Of a stretch of 64,000 nt of DNA, positions 54,845 to 64,000 are shown in pieces. Numbering within the stretch: position 1 is the first letter of the stretch; each line of letters begins with the position of its first letter. The position numbers and the translations under genes were made by a program. The DNA is from Bacteroidales bacterium (lineage in GTDB: Bacteria > Bacteroidota > Bacteroidia > Bacteroidales > DTGW01): contig JBMFQE010000007.1 of assembly GCA_049968755.1 (NCBI GenBank), forward strand, positions 22,498 to 86,497, written 5' to 3'. The notes beneath the pieces are model-generated. The model was not told where the DNA came from, did no database searches, and saw nothing but the letters and a program-made list of their open reading frames with translations.

Positions 54845-54941
54845 CATCATAAAAAATTAGTTTTTAAAGGTATGATGGAACACCCATGTTCGCAATTTTA
54901 TCACTATTGTGTTTGCGTTCGCAGGAACATGGGTGTTTCAT
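54845..54941 (-). repeat. Copy 6 (orphan, minus strand) of the ~97-nt repeat, 104 nt upstream of recQ
   Basis: The reverse complement is identical to copy 4 over the first 81 nt. Its ATGATG opens only a 15-codon ORF (54803-54850). Confidence 0.95.
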
Positions 54942-55237
54942 CAATTTATCCCAATTCTTATAAGAAGTGTGAAAAAACTTATGCATTCCTTAACAGTAGG
55001 TATGCAAGCAAAATACATGCAATTGCAATGTCCTGTTGGGGCATTTGGCAATTACAGGTACAAGAGTACTTCTATTAAAAGATTGGGCTTAAAACAAGCT
55101 CGTGTACAAATTTTGTACCAAACATGTGCTTATTTATGGTTCGCTAACGGTTAGTTATATTGGCTTTTCTACAGGTTCGAAAATATCCTCATTGGATAAA
55201 AAAGATTCATCGCGCTAATCACCATATGCATTGCCTT

Positions 55238-56632
55238 TCAGGGGTTGTTACTTGATACGATTTTGCCTATCAGGGTAGCTGAGGTGCAGTCCACAATTTG
55301 CACCTGCACATACTGACCGGGCACAAGGTTATTTTTGGGAAAAACCACCACTTTATTCTGTGAGGTACGACCAAAAAGTTCGTTGGGCGATTTTTTGGAT
55401 ACGCCTTCGATTAGCACTTCAAAGGTTTTACCGATGTCCTGTTGTTTACTTTTTTCCGATAGTTTATTTTGTAATTCAATAATTTCATTCAGGCGACGTG
55501 TTTTGATTTCGTCGGGGACATTGTCCTTAAGTTCAAGCTGAGCCTTTGTTCCCGGCCGTTCGGAGTATTTAAACATGAAGGCAAAGTCGTAACCTACCTC
55601 CTGCATCAACGAAAGGGTTTGCTGATGGTCTTCTTCAGTTTCGTCGCAGAAACCCGCAATAATATCGGTAGAGATGGAACAATCGGGCAATATATTTTTG
55701 ATGGCTTGAATACGATTGAGGTACCATTCGCGCGTGTAGCGGCGGTTCATTAGCTGAAGCATTCTGTTACTACCACTCTGAACCGGCAGATGGATGTGTT
55801 TACAAATGTTAGGGTATTTTGCCATAACGTGTAAGAGTTCGTCGCTCAGGTCTTTAGGATGCGAGGTTGAGTAGCGAATTCGTACACCGGGATCAATAAG
55901 GGCAACCAGCTCAAGTAGTCGGGCAAAGTTGATGGCAGGCTGTCCGGGCTGTTGCCAGAAGTAGGAGTTGACATTTTGTCCCAGCAGGGTGATTTCCTTG
56001 TATCCGGCGTCGATGATTTCGCGCGCTTCCCGAACAATGGATTCGGGGTTTCGGCTCCTCTCTACGCCTCGGGTAAAGGGCACCACGCAGTAGGAGCACA
56101 TGTGATCGCAACCCCGCATGATGGATATAAAGGCCGAAACACGATTGTCATCCAGACGAACAGGACTGATATCGGCATAGGTTTCTTCCTGCGAGAGTAG
56201 CACATTGGCTGCTTTTAACCCGCTTTCAACCTGCGAGAGCAGAAAGGGTAGGCTTCGGTAGGCATCGGGACCTGCTACAATGTCGACTGCTTTTTCCTGT
56301 TCCAGCAGTCTTTCCTTCATCCGTTCGGCCATACAGCCCAGAACACCTATCCGTAGCGAAGGTTTTTTCTTTTTTAAGGAACGAAAATATTCTAACCGAT
56401 GTATAACCCTCGTCTCGGCATTTTCGCGTATCGAGCAGGTATTGACAAAAACAACATCGGCCTGTTCAAGTTCATGGGTAAGTTCATACCCTTCTTTTTT
56501 CATGATGGCTGCCACTACTTCGCTGTCGTTGACATTCATCTGGCAACCATAGGTTTCTATATAGAGTTTAGGTTTGCCGTTGTCAGTTGTCTTTTTTGTT
56601 ATGGTAAACATTTGTGGGTTCACTGTTGTCAT
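55238..56632 (-). CDS. miaB: tRNA (N6-isopentenyl-adenosine37-C2)-methylthiotransferase
   Basis: 464 aa. It has a UPF0004 N-domain (YIETYGCQMNVNDSE), the radical-SAM motif CDHMCSYCVVP and a C-terminal TRAM domain. Confidence 0.95.
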   Translation of the reverse strand: MTTVNPQMFTITKKTTDNGKPKLYIETYGCQMNVNDSEVVAAIMKKEGYELTHELEQADVVFVNTCSIRENAETRVIHRLEYFRSLKKKKPSLRIGVLGCMAERMKERLLEQEKAVDIVAGPDAYRSLPFLLSQVESGLKAANVLLSQEETYADISPVRLDDNRVSAFISIMRGCDHMCSYCVVPFTRGVERSRNPESIVREAREIIDAGYKEITLLGQNVNSYFWQQPGQPAINFARLLELVALIDPGVRIRYSTSHPKDLSDELLHVMAKYPNICKHIHLPVQSGSNRMLQLMNRRYTREWYLNRIQAIKNILPDCSISTDIIAGFCDETEEDHQQTLSLMQEVGYDFAFMFKYSERPGTKAQLELKDNVPDEIKTRRLNEIIELQNKLSEKSKQQDIGKTFEVLIEGVSKKSPNELFGRTSQNKVVVFPKNNLVPGQYVQVQIVDCTSATLIGKIVSSNNP

Positions 56633-56644
56633 TTTACGGAACTA

Positions 56645-58036
56645 TTACAGATGAATAACCTCTCCATAAGCCTGAGCAGCAGCTTCCATAATAGCCTCGC
56701 TCATGGTTGGATGCGGATGAATTGATTTAATGAGTTCGTGCCCCGTGGTTTCCAGATTACGGGCAACCACCAGTTCGGCTATCATCTCGGTAACATTATA
56801 TCCGATCAAATGTGCTCCCAACAATTCGCCATACTTGGCATCGAAAATAAGCTTTACAAAACCATCCTTGTGGCCGGCAGCACTTGCTTTGCCTGAGGCT
56901 GTGTAGGGAAATTTGCCAACTTTGATTTCGATACCTTTTTCTTTGGCTTCTTTCTCTGTCATTCCTACCGAAGCTACCTCGGGCATGGTATATACGCAAC
57001 CAGGAATATTCTGGTAATTGATGGGCTCGGGGTTAAGACCGGCTATCTTTTCCACGCAAACAATGCCTTCGGCCGAAGCTACATGCGCTAAGGCAGGGCC
57101 GGGTACAATATCGCCTATTGCATATATACCCTCTACGTTGGTACGGTAGTAGGCATCGACCAGTACTTTTCCTTTGTCAGTTTTTACCCCAAGTTCTTCC
57201 AGACCAATATTTTCAATATTGGCTGTGATTCCTACTGCCGATAGTACTATTTCTGCTTCTTTCTGAATTTCACCGCTGGCTGTTTTTATTTTTACCTTGC
57301 AAATATCTTTTTCAACGGTAACAGACTCGACGGAGGAGTTGGTATAAATTTCCATTCCCTCTTTCTTAAAGGAGCGTTCCAGCTGCTTTGAAACTTCTTC
57401 ATCCTCGAGGGGTAGGATGTTGGGCATATATTCAACCAGCGTGACTTTGGTTCCCAGCGTATTATAAAACCAGGCAAATTCACTGCCAATAGCCCCTGAT
57501 CCTACTACAATCATGGAGGAGGGTAATTTGGGCAGCGTAAGTGCTTCGCGATAGCCAATAATTTTTTTGCCATCCTGTTTTAGCTGGGGAAGTTCTCTTG
57601 AACGCGCGCCAGTGGCCAGAATGATATGGTCGGCCTGATAGTCGGCTTTTTTCCCCTGTCCATCGGTTACCTCAATTACTCCTTTTGCCTTGATTTTGCC
57701 GAAACCTGGTATGATATCAATTTTGTTTTTTTTCACCAGAAATTGTACGCCCTTGCTCATACCATCGGCCACCGAACGGCTGCGTTTGACCATTGCCTCA
57801 AGATCGGGTGTTACCGCACCGGCTATTTTTACGCCAAACTGGCTGGCTTCCCGGGCATACTGATAAACCTGTGCACTCTTGAGCAGTGCTTTAGTGGGAA
57901 TACACCCCCAATTAAGGCATATTCCACCCAGTTCGCTTTTTTCCACAATAGCTACTTTCTTACCAAGCTGAGCAGCCCTGATGGCGGCCACATATCCGCC
58001 TGGACCACTTCCTACAATAATTATGTCGTATTTCAT
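56645..58036 (-). CDS. lpdA: Dihydrolipoyl dehydrogenase
   Basis: The start was moved to MKYDIIIVGSGPGGYVAA. Motifs are the redox-active GGICLNWGCIPTK, the NAD site VVGSGAIGSEFA and the C-terminal HPHPTMSE. Confidence 0.9.
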   Translation of the reverse strand: MKYDIIIVGSGPGGYVAAIRAAQLGKKVAIVEKSELGGICLNWGCIPTKALLKSAQVYQYAREASQFGVKIAGAVTPDLEAMVKRSRSVADGMSKGVQFLVKKNKIDIIPGFGKIKAKGVIEVTDGQGKKADYQADHIILATGARSRELPQLKQDGKKIIGYREALTLPKLPSSMIVVGSGAIGSEFAWFYNTLGTKVTLVEYMPNILPLEDEEVSKQLERSFKKEGMEIYTNSSVESVTVEKDICKVKIKTASGEIQKEAEIVLSAVGITANIENIGLEELGVKTDKGKVLVDAYYRTNVEGIYAIGDIVPGPALAHVASAEGIVCVEKIAGLNPEPINYQNIPGCVYTMPEVASVGMTEKEAKEKGIEIKVGKFPYTASGKASAAGHKDGFVKLIFDAKYGELLGAHLIGYNVTEMIAELVVARNLETTGHELIKSIHPHPTMSEAIMEAAAQAYGEVIHL

Positions 58037-58307
58037 CACAATAACATTTAATTTTCTGTTCAATATTTCTTAATCTTATACCTACATTTTTCCCATATGT
58101 ATGGAAACTTTGGGTAATACGATTACAAAAAAAGAACCTTAAGCTTTAATTGTTTTTTTGCAAAGATAAATGATATTTTACCAACAACGGGGAAAGGAAA
58201 ATGTTTAAACCTTGATTTTGTTGATAGATGAATGTTTGATATGATTGACTACTGTTGATTTTTTGGGAAATATGAGGTAAAAAGGCGTACTTTTGCAAAA
58301 AAATTTT

Positions 58308-60134
58308 ATGGCCGATGTAATACGTCTTTTGCCCGATTCACTTGCCAATCAGATAGCAGCGGGCGAGGTGGTTCAGCGTCCAGCTTCGGTGGTAAAAGAG
58401 CTTATTGAGAATGCAGTGGATGCAGGGGCTACACGAATAGCTGTTGTGCTGGTTGATTCGGGGCGTACGCTTATTCAGGTCATCGACAATGGGGTAGGCA
58501 TGAGCGAAACCGATGCGCGCATGGCATTTGAACGGCATGCTACCTCAAAAATTTCTAAGGCCGATGATTTATTTGCGATCACCACGATGGGTTTTCGGGG
58601 CGAAGCCCTGGCTTCTATTGCTGCTGTAGCAGAGGTTACCTTGCAAACCCGGCGGGCAACGGATGAAATCGGGGTAGAGGTGCAAATACGTGCCTCGGAG
58701 GTGGTTGCCCAGGAATATGTTGCCTGTCCGCAGGGTGCTAATTTCTGCGTTAAAAATCTGTTTTACAACGTACCTGCTCGCCGCAAATTTCTAAAATCCG
58801 ATGCCTATGAACTTCGCCTATCAATACTTGAGGTTCAGAAGATTGCACTGGCATTTCCAGCAATTGAAGTCAGTTTTACGCATAACGGCAAAGAACTTTT
58901 TCATTATTATCCGGCTGGCAATATTCGGCAGCGTATCGGGCAGGTGTTGGGTAAGTCGGCAGCGTCCACGCTCATCGAAATCAAAAGCGATACCATATTG
59001 GCGCACATAGCAGGCTATGTAGGCAAGCCCGAGGCAGCTAAAAAATCCCAGAACGACCAGTATTTTTTTGTAAATCGCCGATTCATGCGTCATAGCCTGT
59101 TCCATAAAGCAGTTTTACAAGCTTACGAAAAAGTGTTGACACCAGGCTTACAACCAACGTACATTATTTTCTTTGAGGTGGATCCGCAGAAAATAGACGT
59201 GAATATCCATCCAACCAAAACCGAGATTAAGTTTGAGGACGAACAGGCGTTGTGGCAAATATTAAATGCAGCCGTACGTGAATCGCTGGGCAAGTTCAAT
59301 GTTGTACCATCGCTCGATTTTGATACCGAGATGGCTATACCCATCCCCGTGATTCAAAAAGATACACCTGTAAAAATTCCGTCGATAAATATTAATCCCA
59401 ACTATAATCCATTTGAAAAAACAACCCCCGAACATGAATTAACTCCACGGTATACGCCCGACGATGGACAAATCAAACAGAACCTGCCCTATTGGGAAAC
59501 GCTTCTTTCAGGCTTTGAAAACGAACCCCGACAAACTACTGTTTTTACTACCGAACAGCAGGAATTACCCATGGGAAACAGCCGAAAGTTTATTCAGATT
59601 AAAGGTAAATACATCATCATTCCCTCAAAATCGGGCTTTATGCTTGTCGATCAGCGACGTGCGCATGAACGTATTCTGTTTGATCAATTTTTGTCAATCT
59701 ATAAAGGGAGCCGTCAGCCAGCGCAAAGACAGCTTTTCCCTCAAACCCTTACCCTATCGCCCGACGATTACCTGCTGGTGGAAAGCTATGCCGATGTTAT
59801 ACGGCAGTCGGGTTTCGAAATTCGATGTATCGAGGATTATCAAATTGAAATATATGGCTGTCCTGCTTTTCTCGAAAGTGCCGATATAAAATCGGTTATT
59901 GAGCAAATGATTGCAAATCTTAACCTTATTCCTGCCAGTGATACCCTTGAAGAGAGTATTGCCGGGATACTCAGCAAATCTGCGGCCATTCCCTACGGTA
60001 AAGTTCTTTCCGATGCAGAAATGGAACATCTCATCGAACGGCTGTTTGCGTGTGCTAATCATCGCTATACACCTGATGGTAAGGCTATCATAGCGCTTTT
60101 TACGCTCGAAGAGATAGAGAAACGTCTGGGGTAA
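58308..60134 (+). CDS. mutL: DNA mismatch repair protein MutL
   Basis: The first ATG is used (the listed ORF starts at an upstream TTG). The GHKL ATPase motifs are IRLLPDSLANQIAAGEVVQRPASVVKELIENAVDAG, DNGVGM and GFRGEAL. The C-terminal dimerisation domain is present. Confidence 0.95.
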   Translation: MADVIRLLPDSLANQIAAGEVVQRPASVVKELIENAVDAGATRIAVVLVDSGRTLIQVIDNGVGMSETDARMAFERHATSKISKADDLFAITTMGFRGEALASIAAVAEVTLQTRRATDEIGVEVQIRASEVVAQEYVACPQGANFCVKNLFYNVPARRKFLKSDAYELRLSILEVQKIALAFPAIEVSFTHNGKELFHYYPAGNIRQRIGQVLGKSAASTLIEIKSDTILAHIAGYVGKPEAAKKSQNDQYFFVNRRFMRHSLFHKAVLQAYEKVLTPGLQPTYIIFFEVDPQKIDVNIHPTKTEIKFEDEQALWQILNAAVRESLGKFNVVPSLDFDTEMAIPIPVIQKDTPVKIPSININPNYNPFEKTTPEHELTPRYTPDDGQIKQNLPYWETLLSGFENEPRQTTVFTTEQQELPMGNSRKFIQIKGKYIIIPSKSGFMLVDQRRAHERILFDQFLSIYKGSRQPAQRQLFPQTLTLSPDDYLLVESYADVIRQSGFEIRCIEDYQIEIYGCPAFLESADIKSVIEQMIANLNLIPASDTLEESIAGILSKSAAIPYGKVLSDAEMEHLIERLFACANHRYTPDGKAIIALFTLEEIEKRLG

Positions 60135-60282
60135 ATTTTGAAAGTTTGTGATGGGCAGAAGACGAGAAAAAAATTTCATTTTTTCTGCCCTTGAGCATAG
60201 AAATTTTGTGGTTGGCCAGAAGAAAAAAATTTTGCAAAATGTGCAAGTAACGTATAACTTTGATAAATGTTACAGGAAGATT

Positions 60283-61503
60283 ATGGGCATGCAACAAGGA
60301 AATATTCGTTTCTCATGGGGTAAAAGTGGACTGTTGCCTCAGGAAGAAAAATTAGCGGTTGAAAATAAATTTAAGAAGCTAAAAATTGGCATTCCGCGTG
60401 ATAACGACCAGGTGGAGACCCGTGTACCGCTTACACCGGAGGCAGTTGAAATATTGGTCAATGAGGGACACGATGTATTGATAGAGACCTGTGCAGGAAA
60501 AGCAGCAAACTACCTTGACAAAGATTACAGCGAGCGTGGAGGGTTTGTTATCCAGGATAGGTCTGCTATTTTTCAATGCGATATTTTGTTAAAAGTAGCG
60601 CCTGTTACGTTGGAAGAAATAGATAGTTTACATGGTCAGCAGACCATTATTTCCTCCCTGGTTCTCAATACCCAAAGTATGTCCTATTTTCAAAAGCTGA
60701 TGGAAAAAAAAGTGACCACCATAGCTTTTGAATACATCAGGGATGAAAATGGAAGCTTTCCTGTTGTACGCTCGATGAATGCTATTTCGGGGTCTACAGC
60801 TGTGCTTATTGCTGCTGAATATCTAAGTAATGCGCATGGGGGAAAGGGAGTGCTGCTGGGCGGGATAGCCGGCATTACCCCCGCCGAAGTTGTGGTGCTA
60901 GGGGCCAACACAGCCACCGAGTATATCATTCGTGCTGCACAGGGTTTGGGTGCTGTGGTAAAAGTGTTTGACAATAACATTAATGCCCTGATACAGTTGC
61001 AAAATATTTTTGGCTTACCTTTGCAGACCTCTGTTTTTCACCCTCAGGTCCTGCTCAAGGCCTTAAAAAGCGCTGATGTAGTCATTTGTGCCTGCAATGG
61101 GCATGAAACCGACCTGCAATACATAGTAACCGAAGATATGGTACGAACTATGAAAAAGGGTTCGGTAATCATTGATATTGGCGTGGCCTATGGGCACGTG
61201 GTGGAAACCTCGGAATGCAGAACGCTGCAAAACCCTTCCTATGTCAAACATGGGGTCATTCATTATACCATACCCAACTTGCCCTCTCGTGTTCCTCGCA
61301 CTGCATCTATTGCTTTAAGCAACATCCTGCTACCTATACTGATTAAAACCGGCCGACGGGGAGGTATCAATGCCTTATTGAAAGAAGACAAGGGATTGCG
61401 ACAGGGAGTTTATCTGCTCAACGGTATTCTCACCAATACGCAGATTGGCAAGCTATACGACCTGCCTTCCAGCGATATCGATTTGCTTATGGCAGCATTT
61501 TAA
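60283..61503 (+). CDS. ald: Alanine dehydrogenase-family NAD-dependent enzyme
   Basis: The start was moved to MGMQQGN, giving 406 aa. Segments are KIGIPRDNDQVETRVPLTPEAV, the Rossmann VVVLGANTATEYIIRAAQGLGA and HYTIPNLPSRVPRTAS. The start position is uncertain. Confidence 0.75.
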   Translation: MGMQQGNIRFSWGKSGLLPQEEKLAVENKFKKLKIGIPRDNDQVETRVPLTPEAVEILVNEGHDVLIETCAGKAANYLDKDYSERGGFVIQDRSAIFQCDILLKVAPVTLEEIDSLHGQQTIISSLVLNTQSMSYFQKLMEKKVTTIAFEYIRDENGSFPVVRSMNAISGSTAVLIAAEYLSNAHGGKGVLLGGIAGITPAEVVVLGANTATEYIIRAAQGLGAVVKVFDNNINALIQLQNIFGLPLQTSVFHPQVLLKALKSADVVICACNGHETDLQYIVTEDMVRTMKKGSVIIDIGVAYGHVVETSECRTLQNPSYVKHGVIHYTIPNLPSRVPRTASIALSNILLPILIKTGRRGGINALLKEDKGLRQGVYLLNGILTNTQIGKLYDLPSSDIDLLMAAF

Positions 61504-61693
61504 TGCTGGAACTTTGATATTTCCTTAAGATTTTATGTGCCTTCCCTTACGTTTAAACTTTTTTATCGAATACACGTCAATGATATAAAAATGCTCCTTT
61601 TGCATCAAGGCAAAAGAAGAACCGCGCTTATTGTTTTTTCTTCCTTGAATAGGTTAATTCATCGATTGATAAAGTATCCGACATTAGAAAATG

Positions 61694-61725
61694 AAAAAGA
61701 GCCGGACTTTTGCCCGACTCTTTTT
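61694..61725. terminator. Putative bidirectional terminator between ald and ddl
   Basis: aaaaagagccgg-acttttgc-ccgactcttttt forms 11 bp with one mismatch. A and T runs flank it. Confidence 0.5.
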
Positions 61726-61886
61726 GCCTAACCCTAAACCCTTATTAACCTAAACACCAATAAAACCTAAAATTAAATTAACCCTTAAATCAAACTATTA
61801 TGAAATCCATTACAAATGTAAAATGTTTTCTCAAAACCCTCTAAAAATTAGAGGCGATTTTTATCAATGTCAATCGGTGATTTTTG

Positions 61887-62867
61887 TTACCTTTTAGTAC
61901 AAATGTTTTGTAAAATACTGTCATACATATCTGCCACGCTTATTCCCATCGTTTTAAGTTGTTTGGGGATAATGCTGTTGGGACTCATACCCGGAACGGT
62001 ATTAACTTCGAGCAGGTAGGGTTTGCCATCGGAAATAATAAAGTCAGTACGGGTGATACCCTTGCATCCGAGTGCATGATATAGTTTCTGTGTAGCCTTT
62101 CTTACCTGCTCAGCCAGAGATTCGTCGATGCGTGCCGGGGTAATTTCTTCCGATAGGCCGGTTGTGTACTTGGCTTCGTAGTCAAAAAAGTCGCGCTTCG
62201 AAACGACTTCGGTAATGGGAAAAATAAGATCGCCTTCAGGCAGGGCAATCATACCACAGGTTACCTCAGTGCCGGCAATAAATTTTTCGATCAGTACTTC
62301 ATTACTTTCGCGAAATGCAAGATCAACAGCCTGTTGCAGCTGGTTTTCATTGGTAACCTTTGATACACCAAAACTTGAGCCCGATTCGGCTGGTTTGACA
62401 AAACAGGGTAGCCCTATCTGTTCAAAAATTATTTGTGAGTCAATAGAATCACTGCGTTGAATCAATACCGATTCGGCGGTGTTAAGTCCAATTTGCCGGG
62501 CAAAAAGTTTACAGGCATATTTGTTGAAGGTTACTGCAGCTGCCATTACTCCGCAGCAGGTGTAAGGAATATGCAGCAGGTCGAAATAGCCCTGCAATTT
62601 ACCATCCTCGCCGGGTGTACCATGGATGGCCATCACCACGGCATCAAAATGGATGACATTGTTTTTGTATTGAAAGCTAAAATCGGCACGGTCGATGGGT
62701 AATATTTCGTCGGCTGTAAGGTGAACAAGCCAGCCCTGAGGACTTATTTCGACCAGATACACTTCATAACCAGCCTTGGCTACCTCGTTTACCAGCATTT
62801 GTCCGCTCTGTACCGAAATAGGGTATTCGGAGGAATAGCCGCCGGCTACCACTGCAACTTTCTTCAT
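61887..62867 (-). CDS. ddl: D-alanine--D-alanine ligase
   Basis: 326 aa. Motifs are VAVVAGGYSSEYPISVQSG, HGTPGEDGKLQGYFDLLHIPYT, FVKPAESGSSFGVSKV and LEVNTVPGMS. Confidence 0.95.
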   Translation of the reverse strand: MKKVAVVAGGYSSEYPISVQSGQMLVNEVAKAGYEVYLVEISPQGWLVHLTADEILPIDRADFSFQYKNNVIHFDAVVMAIHGTPGEDGKLQGYFDLLHIPYTCCGVMAAAVTFNKYACKLFARQIGLNTAESVLIQRSDSIDSQIIFEQIGLPCFVKPAESGSSFGVSKVTNENQLQQAVDLAFRESNEVLIEKFIAGTEVTCGMIALPEGDLIFPITEVVSKRDFFDYEAKYTTGLSEEITPARIDESLAEQVRKATQKLYHALGCKGITRTDFIISDGKPYLLEVNTVPGMSPNSIIPKQLKTMGISVADMYDSILQNICTKR

Positions 62868-62885
62868 AATAAAAAACGTGTTATG

Positions 62886-63464
62886 CTAAAACTTTACTTC
62901 CGGAGCTTTTTCAGCACCCTGAGCTGCCTCAAAATAGGGTTTGGGCTGAAATCCAAACAGGCGCGCAACAATTACCTGAGGAAATTTTCGTATGTAGGCA
63001 TTGTAATCGCGTGTGAGATCGTTAAACTTCATGCGCTCAATTGCAATACGATTTTCGGTACCCTCGAGCTGAGCCTGCAGCTCCAGAAAGTTTTGATTGG
63101 CTTTGAGCTGGGGGTATTGCTCCACTACCACCAGCAAACGTGAGAGAGCACTCCGAAGTTCGTCCTGGGCAGCCTGAAATTTTCGCAGCGAGTTTTCGTC
63201 AAGTTTGTTGGCATCAATGTTCACGGAAGTAGCTTTTGAACGGGCTTCGATAACCTGTGTTAATGTACTTTTTTCAAAATCGGCATATCCCTTAACGGTA
63301 TTCACCAGGTTGGGTATCAGGTCGGCCCGGCGTTGATATACACTTTGTACCTGAGCCCACTGGGCGGCTATGGCTTCTTCTTTCTGAACCATTGTGTTGT
63401 AGCCACAACTGCTTAGCAGGGGAACTATCCCTATCAGAAAAAGCAGGTTTTTAATTTTTTTCAT
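62886..63464 (-). CDS. lemA: LemA-family lipoprotein
   Basis: The start was moved to MKKIKNLLFLIGIVPLLSSCGY. Motifs are YQRRADLIPNLV, LSRLLVVVEQYPQLKA and LEGTENRIAIERMKFN. Confidence 0.9.
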   Translation of the reverse strand: MKKIKNLLFLIGIVPLLSSCGYNTMVQKEEAIAAQWAQVQSVYQRRADLIPNLVNTVKGYADFEKSTLTQVIEARSKATSVNIDANKLDENSLRKFQAAQDELRSALSRLLVVVEQYPQLKANQNFLELQAQLEGTENRIAIERMKFNDLTRDYNAYIRKFPQVIVARLFGFQPKPYFEAAQGAEKAPEVKF

Positions 63465-63557
63465 GGCGTTGTTTTTTTTCGTGTTTTTACAAAATATAGC
63501 ATTTATGCTGTGCAAATATACTTTTAAATTACTTTTGTGCCATATACCGGTACAAAT

Positions 63558-64000
63558 CATGGGCCGAATCATTCAACCTACTGCTGATGGATCATTTACC
63601 ATTTTCGATGAACGGGTAGGGGAGAGTTTTCATTCTATCCACGGGGCCATACAGGAGTCGCTACATGTGTTTATTCGCTCAGGTTTTGACGGGTGCCAAA
63701 AATCCAGCGTTCGTGTTCTGGAAGTGGGTTTTGGCTCGGGGCTCAATGCTTATCTTACCCTTCTCAGAGCCGGGGAGGTGCAAAAAATAGTGGAATACGA
63801 GACAATAGAGATGTATCCCCTGGAGGCGGAACTGACAAATATTTTTGCTACAGGCGTTGAGGATAAAGATTTGTTTATGCGTCTGCATGAGACTCCCTGG
63901 CAGGTAAAAAAAGAAATAACTCCAAATTTTTATCTGACCAAAAGAAGGGAGGATATGCTAATGGCAAATTTTACAGGGCCTTTCGATGTGGTATATTTCG
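63558..64000 (+). CDS. MnmD-like SAM-dependent tRNA methyltransferase (DUF752 family), N-terminal part, 3' end outside the window
   Basis: This ORF is absent from the supplied track because it is open-ended. An ATG at 63558 gives MGRIIQPTADGSFTIFDERVGESFHSIHGAIQESLHVFIRSGF...VRVLEVGFGSGLNAYLT..., the pattern of MnmC-C-terminal/MnmD methyltransferases. Confidence 0.65.

Noticed and set aside
54872-55154. Two overlapping plus-strand ORFs (68 and 81 aa) in the miaB-recQ spacer.
   Set aside because: Their N-termini (MMEHPCSQF...; ...AFAGTWVFHQF) are simply the reverse complement of repeat copy 6 being translated. They have no coding features otherwise.
55140-55200. tRNA-like fragments (ggttcgctaacggttag ... 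ggttcgaaa).
   Set aside because: No acceptor stem, anticodon arm or proper T-arm pairing can be drawn. It is only a chance resemblance to the GGTTCGAA box.
61537-61731. 64-aa ORF downstream of ald.
   Set aside because: It has a non-ATG start, runs through the predicted terminator hairpin, and has no recognisable features.
63679-63888. 69-aa minus-strand ORF.
   Set aside because: It is antisense to the open-ended MnmD-like gene, which has a clear SAM-methyltransferase motif (LEVGFGSGLN).

Overview
This is a Bacteroidota chromosomal segment, identified by SusC/SusD pairs, T9SS C-terminal sorting domains and lipoprotein export signals. Bases ~1.2-39.3 kb form one large polysaccharide utilisation locus (PUL) for decorated xylan. 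It holds a divergent GH11 lipoprotein, T9SS-type GH43 and LamG proteins, and two tandem SusC/SusD pairs plus a surface lipoprotein (xus-like core). These are followed by GH43, a tandem CE1 esterase, GH97, GH31, a CE1 esterase, GH3, a CE1-CBM6-T9SS esterase, two more GH43 genes and a GH29-ricin-CBM6 protein. No transcriptional regulator is visible in or beside the locus. The remaining ~25 kb is mostly housekeeping (queG, nadD, recQ, miaB, lpd, mutL, ald, ddl, lemA, an mnmD-like gene, an MFS transporter, a DUF2723 protein), plus an unexpected MCP / CheW-like / CheY-like trio. The most unusual signal is non-coding. Six >=95% identical copies of a ~97-nt element sit exactly at the start codons of five PUL genes and, as an orphan, upstream of recQ. 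The element has a 13-bp perfect inverted repeat, a 33-nt loop and an A/T-rich tail ending in ATGATG. One copy overwrites the 3' end of the GH97 gene. I do not recognise the element as a described RNA or repeat family. I propose it as a portable leader/regulatory or cassette-boundary module; this is unverified. No CRISPR array, prophage, integrase, transposase, tRNA or rRNA was seen.
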